The position numbers were made by a program, and so were the translations under genes. From an uncultured Melioribacteraceae bacterium (GTDB taxonomy: Bacteria > Bacteroidota > Ignavibacteria > Ignavibacteriales > Melioribacteraceae), in the NCBI GenBank assembly GCA_964469115.1, contig CAYXXW010000001.1, forward strand, positions 12,824 to 55,080: a stretch of 42,257 bases of DNA, in the 5' to 3' direction. Below, in pieces: positions 1-7,555 of the stretch (within the stretch, counting starts at the first letter, position 1; the number at the start of each line of letters is the position of its first letter). The notes beneath the pieces are model-generated. The model ran no database searches and had not been told where the DNA came from. It saw only the letters and a list, made by a program, of their open reading frames with translations.

Positions 1-848
1 TTTCCTCTTAAATAATTTTCCAGCTCTGAGAATGTTGGTCTGCTATGTGAATTTAATGTTCTTCTTCCAACCTCAACGGCAACAATTGGAGGATTTCCTT
101 TTGCATAGGAAATAACACATTCTTTAATTGTTTCTAAGTATCTAATTTCGCCATCAATCATATGTTCAATATTTGTTGCCAGAGGTCCTACAAATCCGTA
201 TGATAAAAGTACCCCTAAAAAAGTACCAACCAATGCTGCAGCAACATGATGTCCTACTGCTTCGGCGCCATCGTTAATACTTCCCATTGTAACAATAATA
301 CCTAAAACTGCCGCAACAATTCCGAGGGCAGGGAAAGCATCGCCAAGTTTACTAATTAATGCATGAGTTGGGTGTGTTTCAGTTTTATATGTTTGAATTT
401 CAATATCCATTAATGCTTCAACTTCATGAGGCGGTACACCTCCTGAAAGCATTACTTTTAATGTATCACATAAGAATGTAATAGCTGTTGTATTCTTAAC
501 AAGCTTTTCATCCTGCATAAGGACATCACTTTCTTCAGGTTTTTCAATGTGTTTTTCAATTGCGAGCAAACCATCTCTTTGGGCCACAAGAAAAAGCTCA
601 TAAAGAGCTTTAAGAAGTGATAAGTTCTCTTCCTTTGAATGATCTTTGTGCATAATTGCCTTAGGTATAGCAGCAATAATATTTTTAATATCATCAATGG
701 ATGCTGATATTAATAAACTGCCAATTGCGGCACCTCCAATCGTTATAAACTCAGACGGTTGAAATAACACAGCCAAGTGTCCGCCTGCCATCATAAAGCC
801 AACGACCAAACTTACCAATACAACAAGTGCTCCAATAATTATAAACAT
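1..848 (-). CDS. motA: Second stator channel protein, E. coli-type MotA (MotA/MotC-like); C-terminal few residues run off the window
   Basis: This ORF is not in the ORF track because it has no stop in the window. It is open from ATG 846-848 to position 1. My hand translation gives MFIIIGALVVLVSLVVGFMMAGGHLAVLFQPSEFITIGGAAIG..., then ...LISKLGDAFPALGIVAAVLG..., then ...TLNSHSRPTFSELENYLRG. This is colinear with E. coli MotA (MLILLGYLVVL..YQPAEL.., GDSLPAFGIVAAVMG, ERPSFIELEEHVR). Confidence 0.85.
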   Translation of the reverse strand, partial: MFIIIGALVVLVSLVVGFMMAGGHLAVLFQPSEFITIGGAAIGSLLISASIDDIKNIIAAIPKAIMHKDHSKEENLSLLKALYELFLVAQRDGLLAIEKHIEKPEESDVLMQDEKLVKNTTAITFLCDTLKVMLSGGVPPHEVEALMDIEIQTYKTETHPTHALISKLGDAFPALGIVAAVLGIIVTMGSINDGAEAVGHHVAAALVGTFLGVLLSYGFVGPLATNIEHMIDGEIRYLETIKECVISYAKGNPPIVAVEVGRRTLNSHSRPTFSELENYLRG

Positions 849-876
849 TTTTTCAAGGGTTTTATTTAGTAAATTT

Positions 877-1569
877 TTATACTAATTCATTCAAATTTTG
901 TGTTAATTCCTTTACCTTTAATTCTGCAAACATCCAATCACTTGGCCTTTCATAATCTTTCTCATTTAGGTCTTTTAATAAATTATACCTCTCAATATCT
1001 GCAAAATCTTTAGCGTACTCTTTAAGTATGGAAGCAATTCTTTTAATTGATGCTGAGTCTCTATTTTTTATTGCACGAATTAAGTCTTGCCTGAATTCTT
1101 CGAATTTTTCTCTTAAAACTGAACTTCCCTCCTCATCAATAATATCATTAGTTACTTCGGGGACAGAGTTTATCTTTAATTCAAAAAAATTACCTCCCAA
1201 AACTTCATCTACTACCGATTTTAACTGCTTAACATTTATCGGTTTTGATAAAACCCTATCAGCACCAGCTTCCATTGCTGCCATTACATTATTTCTTCCG
1301 GCATTTGCGCTAATAACTATTACTGGTATATCTTTAATATCATTTAGTACTTTTTTAAGCTGCAGCATCTGAATACCGTCAATATTTGGCATCATCAAAT
1401 CTAGAATTATGATATCTGGCTTAAACTCTGCAACATCCGTTAAACCTTCATATCCGTTACTACTAGTTTTTATCTCAAAATTATATCTAGAAAGTATTGT
1501 TTTTAGATACTCTAGTATCGAATAATTATCGTCAATAATTAATACTTTTGTCCTAGGTTTTTTTATCAT
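877..1569 (-). CDS. Response regulator: CheY-like receiver fused to an HPt-like helical domain lacking the phospho-His
   Basis: The receiver motifs are LIIDDN, D57 in IIILDLMMP, VISAN and SKP. The C-terminal FEEFRQDLIRAIKNRDSASIKRIASILKEYAKDFADIERYNLLKDLNE follows the HPt pattern (..aH.LKGsa..lGa...lE), but Ser180 (codon 1030-1032) occupies the His position. The ATG overlaps the csrA stop by 4 nt. Confidence 0.8.
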   Translation of the reverse strand: MIKKPRTKVLIIDDNYSILEYLKTILSRYNFEIKTSSNGYEGLTDVAEFKPDIIILDLMMPNIDGIQMLQLKKVLNDIKDIPVIVISANAGRNNVMAAMEAGADRVLSKPINVKQLKSVVDEVLGGNFFELKINSVPEVTNDIIDEEGSSVLREKFEEFRQDLIRAIKNRDSASIKRIASILKEYAKDFADIERYNLLKDLNEKDYERPSDWMFAELKVKELTQNLNELV

Positions 1570-1811
1570 TTTTTATTGAGTTTATTAATTTTGAGATCGT
1601 TAATGTTAGATGGAATTTTATCTTTCTTCTTACTAACTGCTTCTTTTGTATGCCGCGTAATTGATTCGTAAATTTCTTCTCTATAAATCTTAATATCCTC
1701 AGAAGCTTCAATACCAATTTTAACATTGTTCTCTGCAATAGATAAAATATTTATTACAATATTATTGCCAATTTTTATTTTCTGATTTTCTTTTCTTGAT
1801 AGTATTAACAT
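1566..1811 (-). CDS. csrA: Carbon storage regulator CsrA (FliW-partnered type)
   Basis: MLILSRKENQKIKIGNNIVINILSI..VKIGIEASEDIKIYREEIY is the CsrA/RsmA signature. It has an extended basic C-terminal tail and sits immediately downstream of fliW. Confidence 0.93.
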   Translation of the reverse strand: MLILSRKENQKIKIGNNIVINILSIAENNVKIGIEASEDIKIYREEIYESITRHTKEAVSKKKDKIPSNINDLKINKLNKK

Positions 1812-1823
1812 TTCAGTTCAATT

Positions 1824-2207
1824 TTAATTATTTACAAAAAGTGGATAATCTACTTTTAATTCTTCGTTATCAATGATTTTTTGGAAACCTACTTTCTCAT
1901 TATGATCAATAAATACAGGGGCTTTCATATTTACACTTATATTTTCAGGCTCTTTATCCAATTTTACAATTCCATAAGGTTCAAGTTTTTCTTCATCACT
2001 ATATTCGTCTTGAAGTAGTTTAAGAGAAAATAAAGGGAATATTATTTCAGGTTCATTTACTGATATGAGCCAAAAAAAATATCCATCTGTTTCAGAAAAA
2101 AGTAAAAATTCTCTTAATTCTTCGAAGCCGAGTATTCCTTCTTCAAATTTTATAACTGCTTCTTCTTCGAATTCAATTTCACCAAATTGTTTGTTTAATA
2201 ATTTCAT
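1824..2207 (-). CDS. fliW: Flagellar assembly factor FliW
   Basis: The 127-aa product carries FGEIEFEEEAVIKFEEGILGFEELREFLLF...FFWLISVNEP..FPLF, as in the FliW (DUF180) family. It forms a canonical fliW-csrA pair. Confidence 0.92.
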   Translation of the reverse strand: MKLLNKQFGEIEFEEEAVIKFEEGILGFEELREFLLFSETDGYFFWLISVNEPEIIFPLFSLKLLQDEYSDEEKLEPYGIVKLDKEPENISVNMKAPVFIDHNEKVGFQKIIDNEELKVDYPLFVNN

Positions 2208-2217
2208 TTATCTTCTC

Positions 2218-2877
2218 TTATTTGTTTAATATTACTATATCTACTCTTCTGTTTAGTGCCCGTGTTTCGGCTGAATCATTATCAGCCATGGGTTTAAACT
2301 CAGAATTACCCACTACCGAAACTCTCTCTTGATTAAGTCCCAAATTATTCATTAAATAATAGGCAGTATTAGTTGCCCTGGCTATTGATAAATGCCAATT
2401 TGACGGATACTGCTCGGTAGTAATTGGAATATTATCTGTATGTCCTTCAATTCTTATGTCGTTTGGCAAAGTTTTAAGCAGCTGTGTCATTTTATTTAAT
2501 ATTGGTTTCGATTCTTCTGAAAGAACTGCTTCACCGGATTGAAATAAAATATTATCCATTATACTAATAATAATTCCACGTTCATTTTCAATAAGTCGGA
2601 TATTACTTGAATAATTATATTCTTCAATAACGTTTTGCAATGTATTTTTCAATGAATATTTATTATCGCTAAGATCCAGATAATCAGCCGTTAATTCTTG
2701 CTTTGCAAAAGTATCGTTACCAAAATATTCACCCATATTTTCCATCATTTCTTCATACTTGCTTGCATCAACATTAGATACAGCATAAAGGATAATGAAC
2801 AAACCAAGCAGGAGCGTAATTAAATCGGCATAAGTCAGCAAATATCTTTCGTGGTTTTGCTCTTGACTAGATTCCAT
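2218..2877 (-). CDS. motB: Stator protein MotB (OmpA-like peptidoglycan anchor)
   Basis: The TM helix carries the invariant Asp (LLTYADLITLLLGLFIILYAV). The C-terminal OmpA-like domain shows IEGHTDNIP, NWHLSIARA and NRRVDIVIL. The longest ORF extends to 3033, a 145-nt overlap with motA. I chose ATG 2877 (M53), which lies 11 nt after the motA stop; the start is uncertain. Confidence 0.85.
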   Translation of the reverse strand: MESSQEQNHERYLLTYADLITLLLGLFIILYAVSNVDASKYEEMMENMGEYFGNDTFAKQELTADYLDLSDNKYSLKNTLQNVIEEYNYSSNIRLIENERGIIISIMDNILFQSGEAVLSEESKPILNKMTQLLKTLPNDIRIEGHTDNIPITTEQYPSNWHLSIARATNTAYYLMNNLGLNQERVSVVGNSEFKPMADNDSAETRALNRRVDIVILNK

Positions 2878-2888
2878 GGAATCGAGAT

Positions 2889-3668
2889 CTAAATTCTGCC
2901 TACTGAACCTTGCTCTTTTTGGGGTAACAAACTCATTAGTCGGGATTTGACTATTGAGGGTATTTCCCCGCTTTGGATCGCCATTACTCCTTCTAACGAC
3001 ACTTCCATCATATATTTTTCTTCTAAGTGACATTGTTTTAATTTATCTGCAATTGGTAACCAAAGTAAATTTGCGCTTAAAATTCCCCATAGTGTTGCAA
3101 TAAAAGCTGAAGCAATACTATGGATTAAAGTATTGGGATCTTTACCGGCATTTGCAAGAGTCATGATTAAGCCCATAACCGTACCAATAATACCCATAGT
3201 AGGAGCATAACCTCCCATTTTATTAAACATTGAAATATATGCATCGTGTCTTCCCTGCATTGCTCTCATTTCACCCAAGGCAATGCTCTCTAGTAAATCA
3301 ATTTCTGTACCATCCAGTACAAAGTGCATCATTTTTTTAGGGAAATGGTAATTTAACTTGTTTAATTGCCCTTCAATTGCAAGAATTCCCTCTTGCCTGC
3401 TCTTTACGGAAACTTTTACAAAACCATCAATAAGTTGTTTAATATCGTACTTTGGTGGAAAATAAGCCATTCTAATTAGTGAAAACATCTTTTTGAATTT
3501 ATCGAAACCAACACCAATGATAGTCGCAGAAAAAGTTCCTCCAAAAACAATAAGCATTGCGGGGAACAAGAAAAGCGCTTTAAAGGATCCACCTTCAAAT
3601 AAAAAAGCACCGAATACTGCTACTAAGCCGAATAATAATCCGTAAAGACTTCCACTTTTTTTAAACAT
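2889..3668 (-). CDS. motA: Stator channel protein MotA (short PomA/MotP-sized form)
   Basis: The 259-aa product has four predicted TM segments and MotA/TolQ/ExbB motifs GGYAPTMGIIGTVMGLI and AFIATLWGILSANLLWLP. It is followed by motB. Its ATG shares 1 nt with the flgL stop. Confidence 0.9.
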   Translation of the reverse strand: MFKKSGSLYGLLFGLVAVFGAFLFEGGSFKALFLFPAMLIVFGGTFSATIIGVGFDKFKKMFSLIRMAYFPPKYDIKQLIDGFVKVSVKSRQEGILAIEGQLNKLNYHFPKKMMHFVLDGTEIDLLESIALGEMRAMQGRHDAYISMFNKMGGYAPTMGIIGTVMGLIMTLANAGKDPNTLIHSIASAFIATLWGILSANLLWLPIADKLKQCHLEEKYMMEVSLEGVMAIQSGEIPSIVKSRLMSLLPQKEQGSVGRI

Positions 3669-4918
3669 TATAAGTAATCCAGTAATGATCTAGGTAAAAT
3701 CATTGAAGAAATTCGATAACTTACGTCAAGAGAAAATTGAGCACTTTCTAAATCGATCAATGCTCGGGCGATATCGACTTCCTTTTCCATTGACAATAGT
3801 TCAGAAGTTTCAATTTCCCGATTTAATAAAATATCTTCAGATGCCTGCAATTTGTTTGAAATGCCGCCTGCCATGGAAAGTTTATCAAGCAAATGCTGAC
3901 TAAAGTTATTTACCATTTCAACTTGCTCTCCCGATGGTTTTTCTCCGTTCAATAATTTTTCTCGGATTGCTATCAGTTGGTTAAAAATATCAGCTTTCTG
4001 ATTCAAACTTCCAACCAAGCTTGATGGTGAATCAGATTCCGATAATGATTTTACATCAATTACAAAATCAATTTTATTATCACTATTCTGGATATGAATT
4101 TCTCCAAAAGGTTCTCCATCCAGCGATTGAAACTTGCCGTTTTCCGGATTAAACATAAGATCACTTACGGTTTGGTTCTCGATTTCGTTGGAATCAGAAT
4201 CTAAAATAGAGTAGTTCAGTTCATAAGTGTTTTCAGCTGTTTTTGTATAAGTAAGATTTAGAGTATACTCGTTTCCTTCAGCATCATAGATTTTACTTGA
4301 ATCAGTTTGATTTGAACCAATTTCAGCCGTTGAATCTAGATTACCATTTTGAGCAAAAACACTTTGAAACAATTCTTTACTGGTTACATTAAACTTTTGA
4401 GTAATGCCGGAAGAAATTTTTACTTGCCTATCACCACCTAGATGATCAGAATTTGCTACAACTCTATTATTTGCTTCATCATAATAAAATGGTTTAGAAT
4501 TATTCTCAGTTCCGGCAAAATTATACTGACCATTAAATTCAGTATTCGCCAACTCCAATAGAATTTCTAAAGAAGAACCAATCGAATCGGCAAAAGTTTG
4601 CAAATTATCACCGACAATACCGGAATTTAATTCAGTCAGCTTGATCTGAATATTTTGCATTTCCGTTTGCATAGCTTCCATTGATATTATAGAATCATCC
4701 AGAACCGATTTTGCATAACTGATATTATTTTTATATGTGTAAATTGTATTCAGTTGATCCTGCATTCTCATTATTCTAGAGTTGCTCAATGGATTATCAG
4801 ATGGTCTATTTACCCTACTCTGAGTTGTAAGCTTTGTTTGAATATCAGCTAAATTTCTTCTGCTTCTATTCAAATTAAAAATGAAATTATTTTGCAGCAA
4901 CGAATCTGGCACTCTCAT
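3668..4918 (-). CDS. flgL: Hook-associated protein 3 FlgL
   Basis: It has a flagellin-like N terminus (LADIQTKLTTQSRVNRPSDNPL) and C terminus (LESAQFSLDVSYRISSMILPRSLLDYL). It lies directly downstream of flgK. Confidence 0.88.
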   Translation of the reverse strand: MRVPDSLLQNNFIFNLNRSRRNLADIQTKLTTQSRVNRPSDNPLSNSRIMRMQDQLNTIYTYKNNISYAKSVLDDSIISMEAMQTEMQNIQIKLTELNSGIVGDNLQTFADSIGSSLEILLELANTEFNGQYNFAGTENNSKPFYYDEANNRVVANSDHLGGDRQVKISSGITQKFNVTSKELFQSVFAQNGNLDSTAEIGSNQTDSSKIYDAEGNEYTLNLTYTKTAENTYELNYSILDSDSNEIENQTVSDLMFNPENGKFQSLDGEPFGEIHIQNSDNKIDFVIDVKSLSESDSPSSLVGSLNQKADIFNQLIAIREKLLNGEKPSGEQVEMVNNFSQHLLDKLSMAGGISNKLQASEDILLNREIETSELLSMEKEVDIARALIDLESAQFSLDVSYRISSMILPRSLLDYL

Positions 4919-4919
4919 A

Positions 4920-6278
4920 TTACACCAATGTTAGTATAGTTTGCATTAATTCATCTGCAACTGTTATAAGCTTCGCTGCAGCGTCGTAGGATCTTTGGTA
5001 TTTCATAACGTTCATCATTTCTTCATCAGTAGAAACACCTGAATACTCATATTTAGTTTGATGAAGTTGAGTAAGAACCAATGAATAAGATTCAACATTC
5101 TGTTCTTGTAAGTTCACATCGTTAGCAATACTTGTAATAAAATCAGAATAGTTATCTGTTAAAGATCTTCCATTTAATATTTCACCGTTTTTGAGTTCGG
5201 CCATTTTGATTGCAATTGCATTATCGCCGCTCATGCCATCTTCTGAAATAGCTATATAATATGGATCATTTAGAATATCTTCATTTATTTCTAATTTTCC
5301 GTTTTTGTATTCAGTGAAGAAATCAATACCGGTTAACGGCGGATCTGTAACCGAAAATCCTTGTGAGTGAATTGAGTTTACATTTTCCATTAAAGAAATC
5401 GCAAGCTCATCGAGAGTAGCCAATTGTTCAGGCAACTCATTATTATGAAGCTTTAAAAGAGCGTTAAGGGAACCGCCACTTAAAGTTGCAGTTACTCCGC
5501 TCTCTAATGTAGTAAAACTTAGTTTATCGTTATTCTTATTAATTTCAAATTGCTGATAATGTGATCCATCAACTGCAAATATACCGCCTATAGAAACACT
5601 AGCAACTTGGTTTTCATCAATCGAGACATTGATATTGGCATATTGGCTTAATTCTTCAAGCATTGCATCTCTTGTATCAACCAAATCATTTACGCTGCTT
5701 CCAACTGCAGCACCCTCATGTATTCGTTTATTTACAGTATTCAGCTGCTTTAGAATACTGTTAATTCTACTCGTATATTCTCTTGCTTCAGTGTGTGCGT
5801 CTAATCTTGATTGAGTTATTCCCTGATGAATAGTTGAAACTTTTTCTGCCATTAATTGAGCAGACTGAACAACACTATTTCTTAGTGAAAGTGATTGTGG
5901 GTCCAAGGCGAGTTCGTCCCAAGAATTAAAAAATTTAGACATTAAATTAGAAAGTCCAAACTCTGATGGTTCCGAAAACAAACTTTCTATTTGTCGCAGA
6001 ACGGTTGATTTTTTCTCTGCATCGTAATAGCCGTGATTGTTAGCTCTAATTTGGATGTCTGTTACATTATTTCTAATCCTCATAACATCTTGGACAGCAA
6101 CGCCAGTACCAAAAGAAAATGATGCGCGATGATCCGGAGCTAATGTACCAAACAAAGCTACTTGTCTGCTGTAAGCGGGATTATTTGCATTTGCCAAGTT
6201 AGCCGAAGTAACCGCTAATGCCTGCTGGTGAGCAAACAAACTAGACTTTGCAATATTAAAAATACTATTGATTCCCAT
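4920..6278 (-). CDS. flgK: Hook-associated protein 1 FlgK
   Basis: It has the rod/hook N-terminal motif ALAVTSANLANANNPAYSRQ and the C-terminal EEMMNVMKYQRSYDAAAKLITVADELMQTIL. Confidence 0.92.
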   Translation of the reverse strand: MGINSIFNIAKSSLFAHQQALAVTSANLANANNPAYSRQVALFGTLAPDHRASFSFGTGVAVQDVMRIRNNVTDIQIRANNHGYYDAEKKSTVLRQIESLFSEPSEFGLSNLMSKFFNSWDELALDPQSLSLRNSVVQSAQLMAEKVSTIHQGITQSRLDAHTEAREYTSRINSILKQLNTVNKRIHEGAAVGSSVNDLVDTRDAMLEELSQYANINVSIDENQVASVSIGGIFAVDGSHYQQFEINKNNDKLSFTTLESGVTATLSGGSLNALLKLHNNELPEQLATLDELAISLMENVNSIHSQGFSVTDPPLTGIDFFTEYKNGKLEINEDILNDPYYIAISEDGMSGDNAIAIKMAELKNGEILNGRSLTDNYSDFITSIANDVNLQEQNVESYSLVLTQLHQTKYEYSGVSTDEEMMNVMKYQRSYDAAAKLITVADELMQTILTLV

Positions 6279-6279
6279 T

Positions 6280-6735
6280 TTATGCTTTCCTATCTAGTAT
6301 TGATCTTTTACTAGTATTTATTACTGCTTTAATTGTATCGTTGATTAATGATCTTGATTGCTGGATCAAAACAAGATTTAAATGATTAACTCTGTTTATT
6401 TCATTAATGGTATTTTTGATCCGTTTCTCTCCCTCAGTAATTTCATTCAGAATTTTGAGATCGACCTTCCCATTCAATTCAGAAACTAATATCTCTAGTT
6501 TATACCGTTCATTGTCAATATTATATTGATTGAACAAATCTTGCATGATTTTGAGTCTATTTTCCTCGGTAATTTGGATTGAGAGTAGATTATGTTCTTC
6601 TAAAGCAACAACTTCATTCAACCGTTCGTATTTATTATTAACCAAACACTCTTTCTTTTCATTTATTATTTCCAATAATTTTTTAAGATTGAGTTCTTGT
6701 TCAGATAAAACTGATATTAAATTTTGTAAGTTCAT
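6280..6735 (-). CDS. flgN: FlgN-like export chaperone for FlgK/FlgL
   Basis: This is a 151-aa helical protein with a FlgN-like N-terminal heptad pattern (LSEQELNLKKLLEIINEKKECL). The call rests mainly on its position immediately upstream of flgK-flgL. Confidence 0.7.
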   Translation of the reverse strand: MNLQNLISVLSEQELNLKKLLEIINEKKECLVNNKYERLNEVVALEEHNLLSIQITEENRLKIMQDLFNQYNIDNERYKLEILVSELNGKVDLKILNEITEGEKRIKNTINEINRVNHLNLVLIQQSRSLINDTIKAVINTSKRSILDRKA

Positions 6736-6738
6736 TTC

Positions 6739-7554
6739 TTAATCCAATAGATTTAAATAATTGTTAACTCTCTTTATATAGTTCTGTGTTTCCTTAAAAG
6801 GAGGAATACCATTATATTTTTTAACATTTCCCGGCCCGGCATTATAAGCGGCTAAAGCTAATTCAGTATCACCATCAAAGTCATCCAAAAGTTTAGATAA
6901 ATACTTTGTACCGCCAAATATATTTTCTTCAGGATTCCATGGATTATTTACACCCATATCTGTTGCTGTTGAGTCCATAAGCTGCATTAATCCTTTTGCA
7001 TTAGCTTTAGATTGAGCATTAACTTTTCCAGCTGATTCTGTTAGAATTACAGATTTTATAAGCTGCTTATCCACATTAAACTTTTCGGATGCAGAATTTA
7101 TTAAATTTTCAAATTCTTTAATTCTGTTAAGAGCACTGCTATTTACTTTAGAATTCTTTTCCAAAACCGATTTACTTTTGGTATCAATTGAATTTAGACT
7201 GCTCGGTGAAATAGTTTTTTTGCTGACTAAATTCTGCAATGAAGTAATGTTTTCTCCTGTGAGACTATTATATATTTGCTCTGCTACGCCCATACCTTGC
7301 TGATCAGTTATATGTTTAGCTAATTCTTTTTCAAATAATACATCTAAAACATCTCCACCATAGTTATCTTTACCGAATAAGCCTTCTGTCGTTTTGGTCA
7401 TACTCTTAATCATCATACCTGTAAGCATGCTTTCAAATTCTTTTGATGCTTTAGCCAGCTTAGCTTTTTCTTTGGGAGAATATTTTTCAGATACATCTAT
7501 TCCGTTCTTAAAGTGAGCTGCTTGATTCGATATTTTTAAATCTATTGGCTTCAT
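6739..7554 (-). CDS. flgJ: FlgJ-type rod-cap protein with a C-terminal lytic transglycosylase (SLT) domain
   Basis: The N-terminal rod-binding motif is KEFESMLTGMMIKSMTKT...LFEKELAKHI. The C-terminal SLT/GH23 motifs are LTESAGK, KGLMQLM and AAYNAGPGNV. Confidence 0.85.
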   Translation of the reverse strand: MKPIDLKISNQAAHFKNGIDVSEKYSPKEKAKLAKASKEFESMLTGMMIKSMTKTTEGLFGKDNYGGDVLDVLFEKELAKHITDQQGMGVAEQIYNSLTGENITSLQNLVSKKTISPSSLNSIDTKSKSVLEKNSKVNSSALNRIKEFENLINSASEKFNVDKQLIKSVILTESAGKVNAQSKANAKGLMQLMDSTATDMGVNNPWNPEENIFGGTKYLSKLLDDFDGDTELALAAYNAGPGNVKKYNGIPPFKETQNYIKRVNNYLNLLD

Positions 7555-7555
7555 T

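Noticed and set aside
458-697. Minus-strand 79-aa ORF.
   Set aside because: It is an alternative frame inside the second motA gene, whose true frame (ATG at 848) translates into a clear MotA sequence.
1028-1372. Plus-strand ORF of 114 aa. The same applies to every other plus-strand ORF in the track, e.g. 3703-3903, 8759-9139, 11374-11625, 12326-12565, 21086-21289, 24900-25100, 27524-27784, 29691-30074, 30887-31168, 34172-34426, 38678-38968 and 41163-41435.
   Set aside because: All lie antisense inside confidently assigned minus-strand flagellar genes. Their products are low-complexity and rich in S/L/F/I, as is typical of shadow frames in AT-rich DNA. None has a recognisable motif or its own intergenic space.
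1553-1738. Minus-strand 61-aa ORF overlapping csrA.
   Set aside because: It is out of frame with the unmistakable CsrA ORF (1566-1811) and has a basic low-complexity product. It is a shadow ORF.
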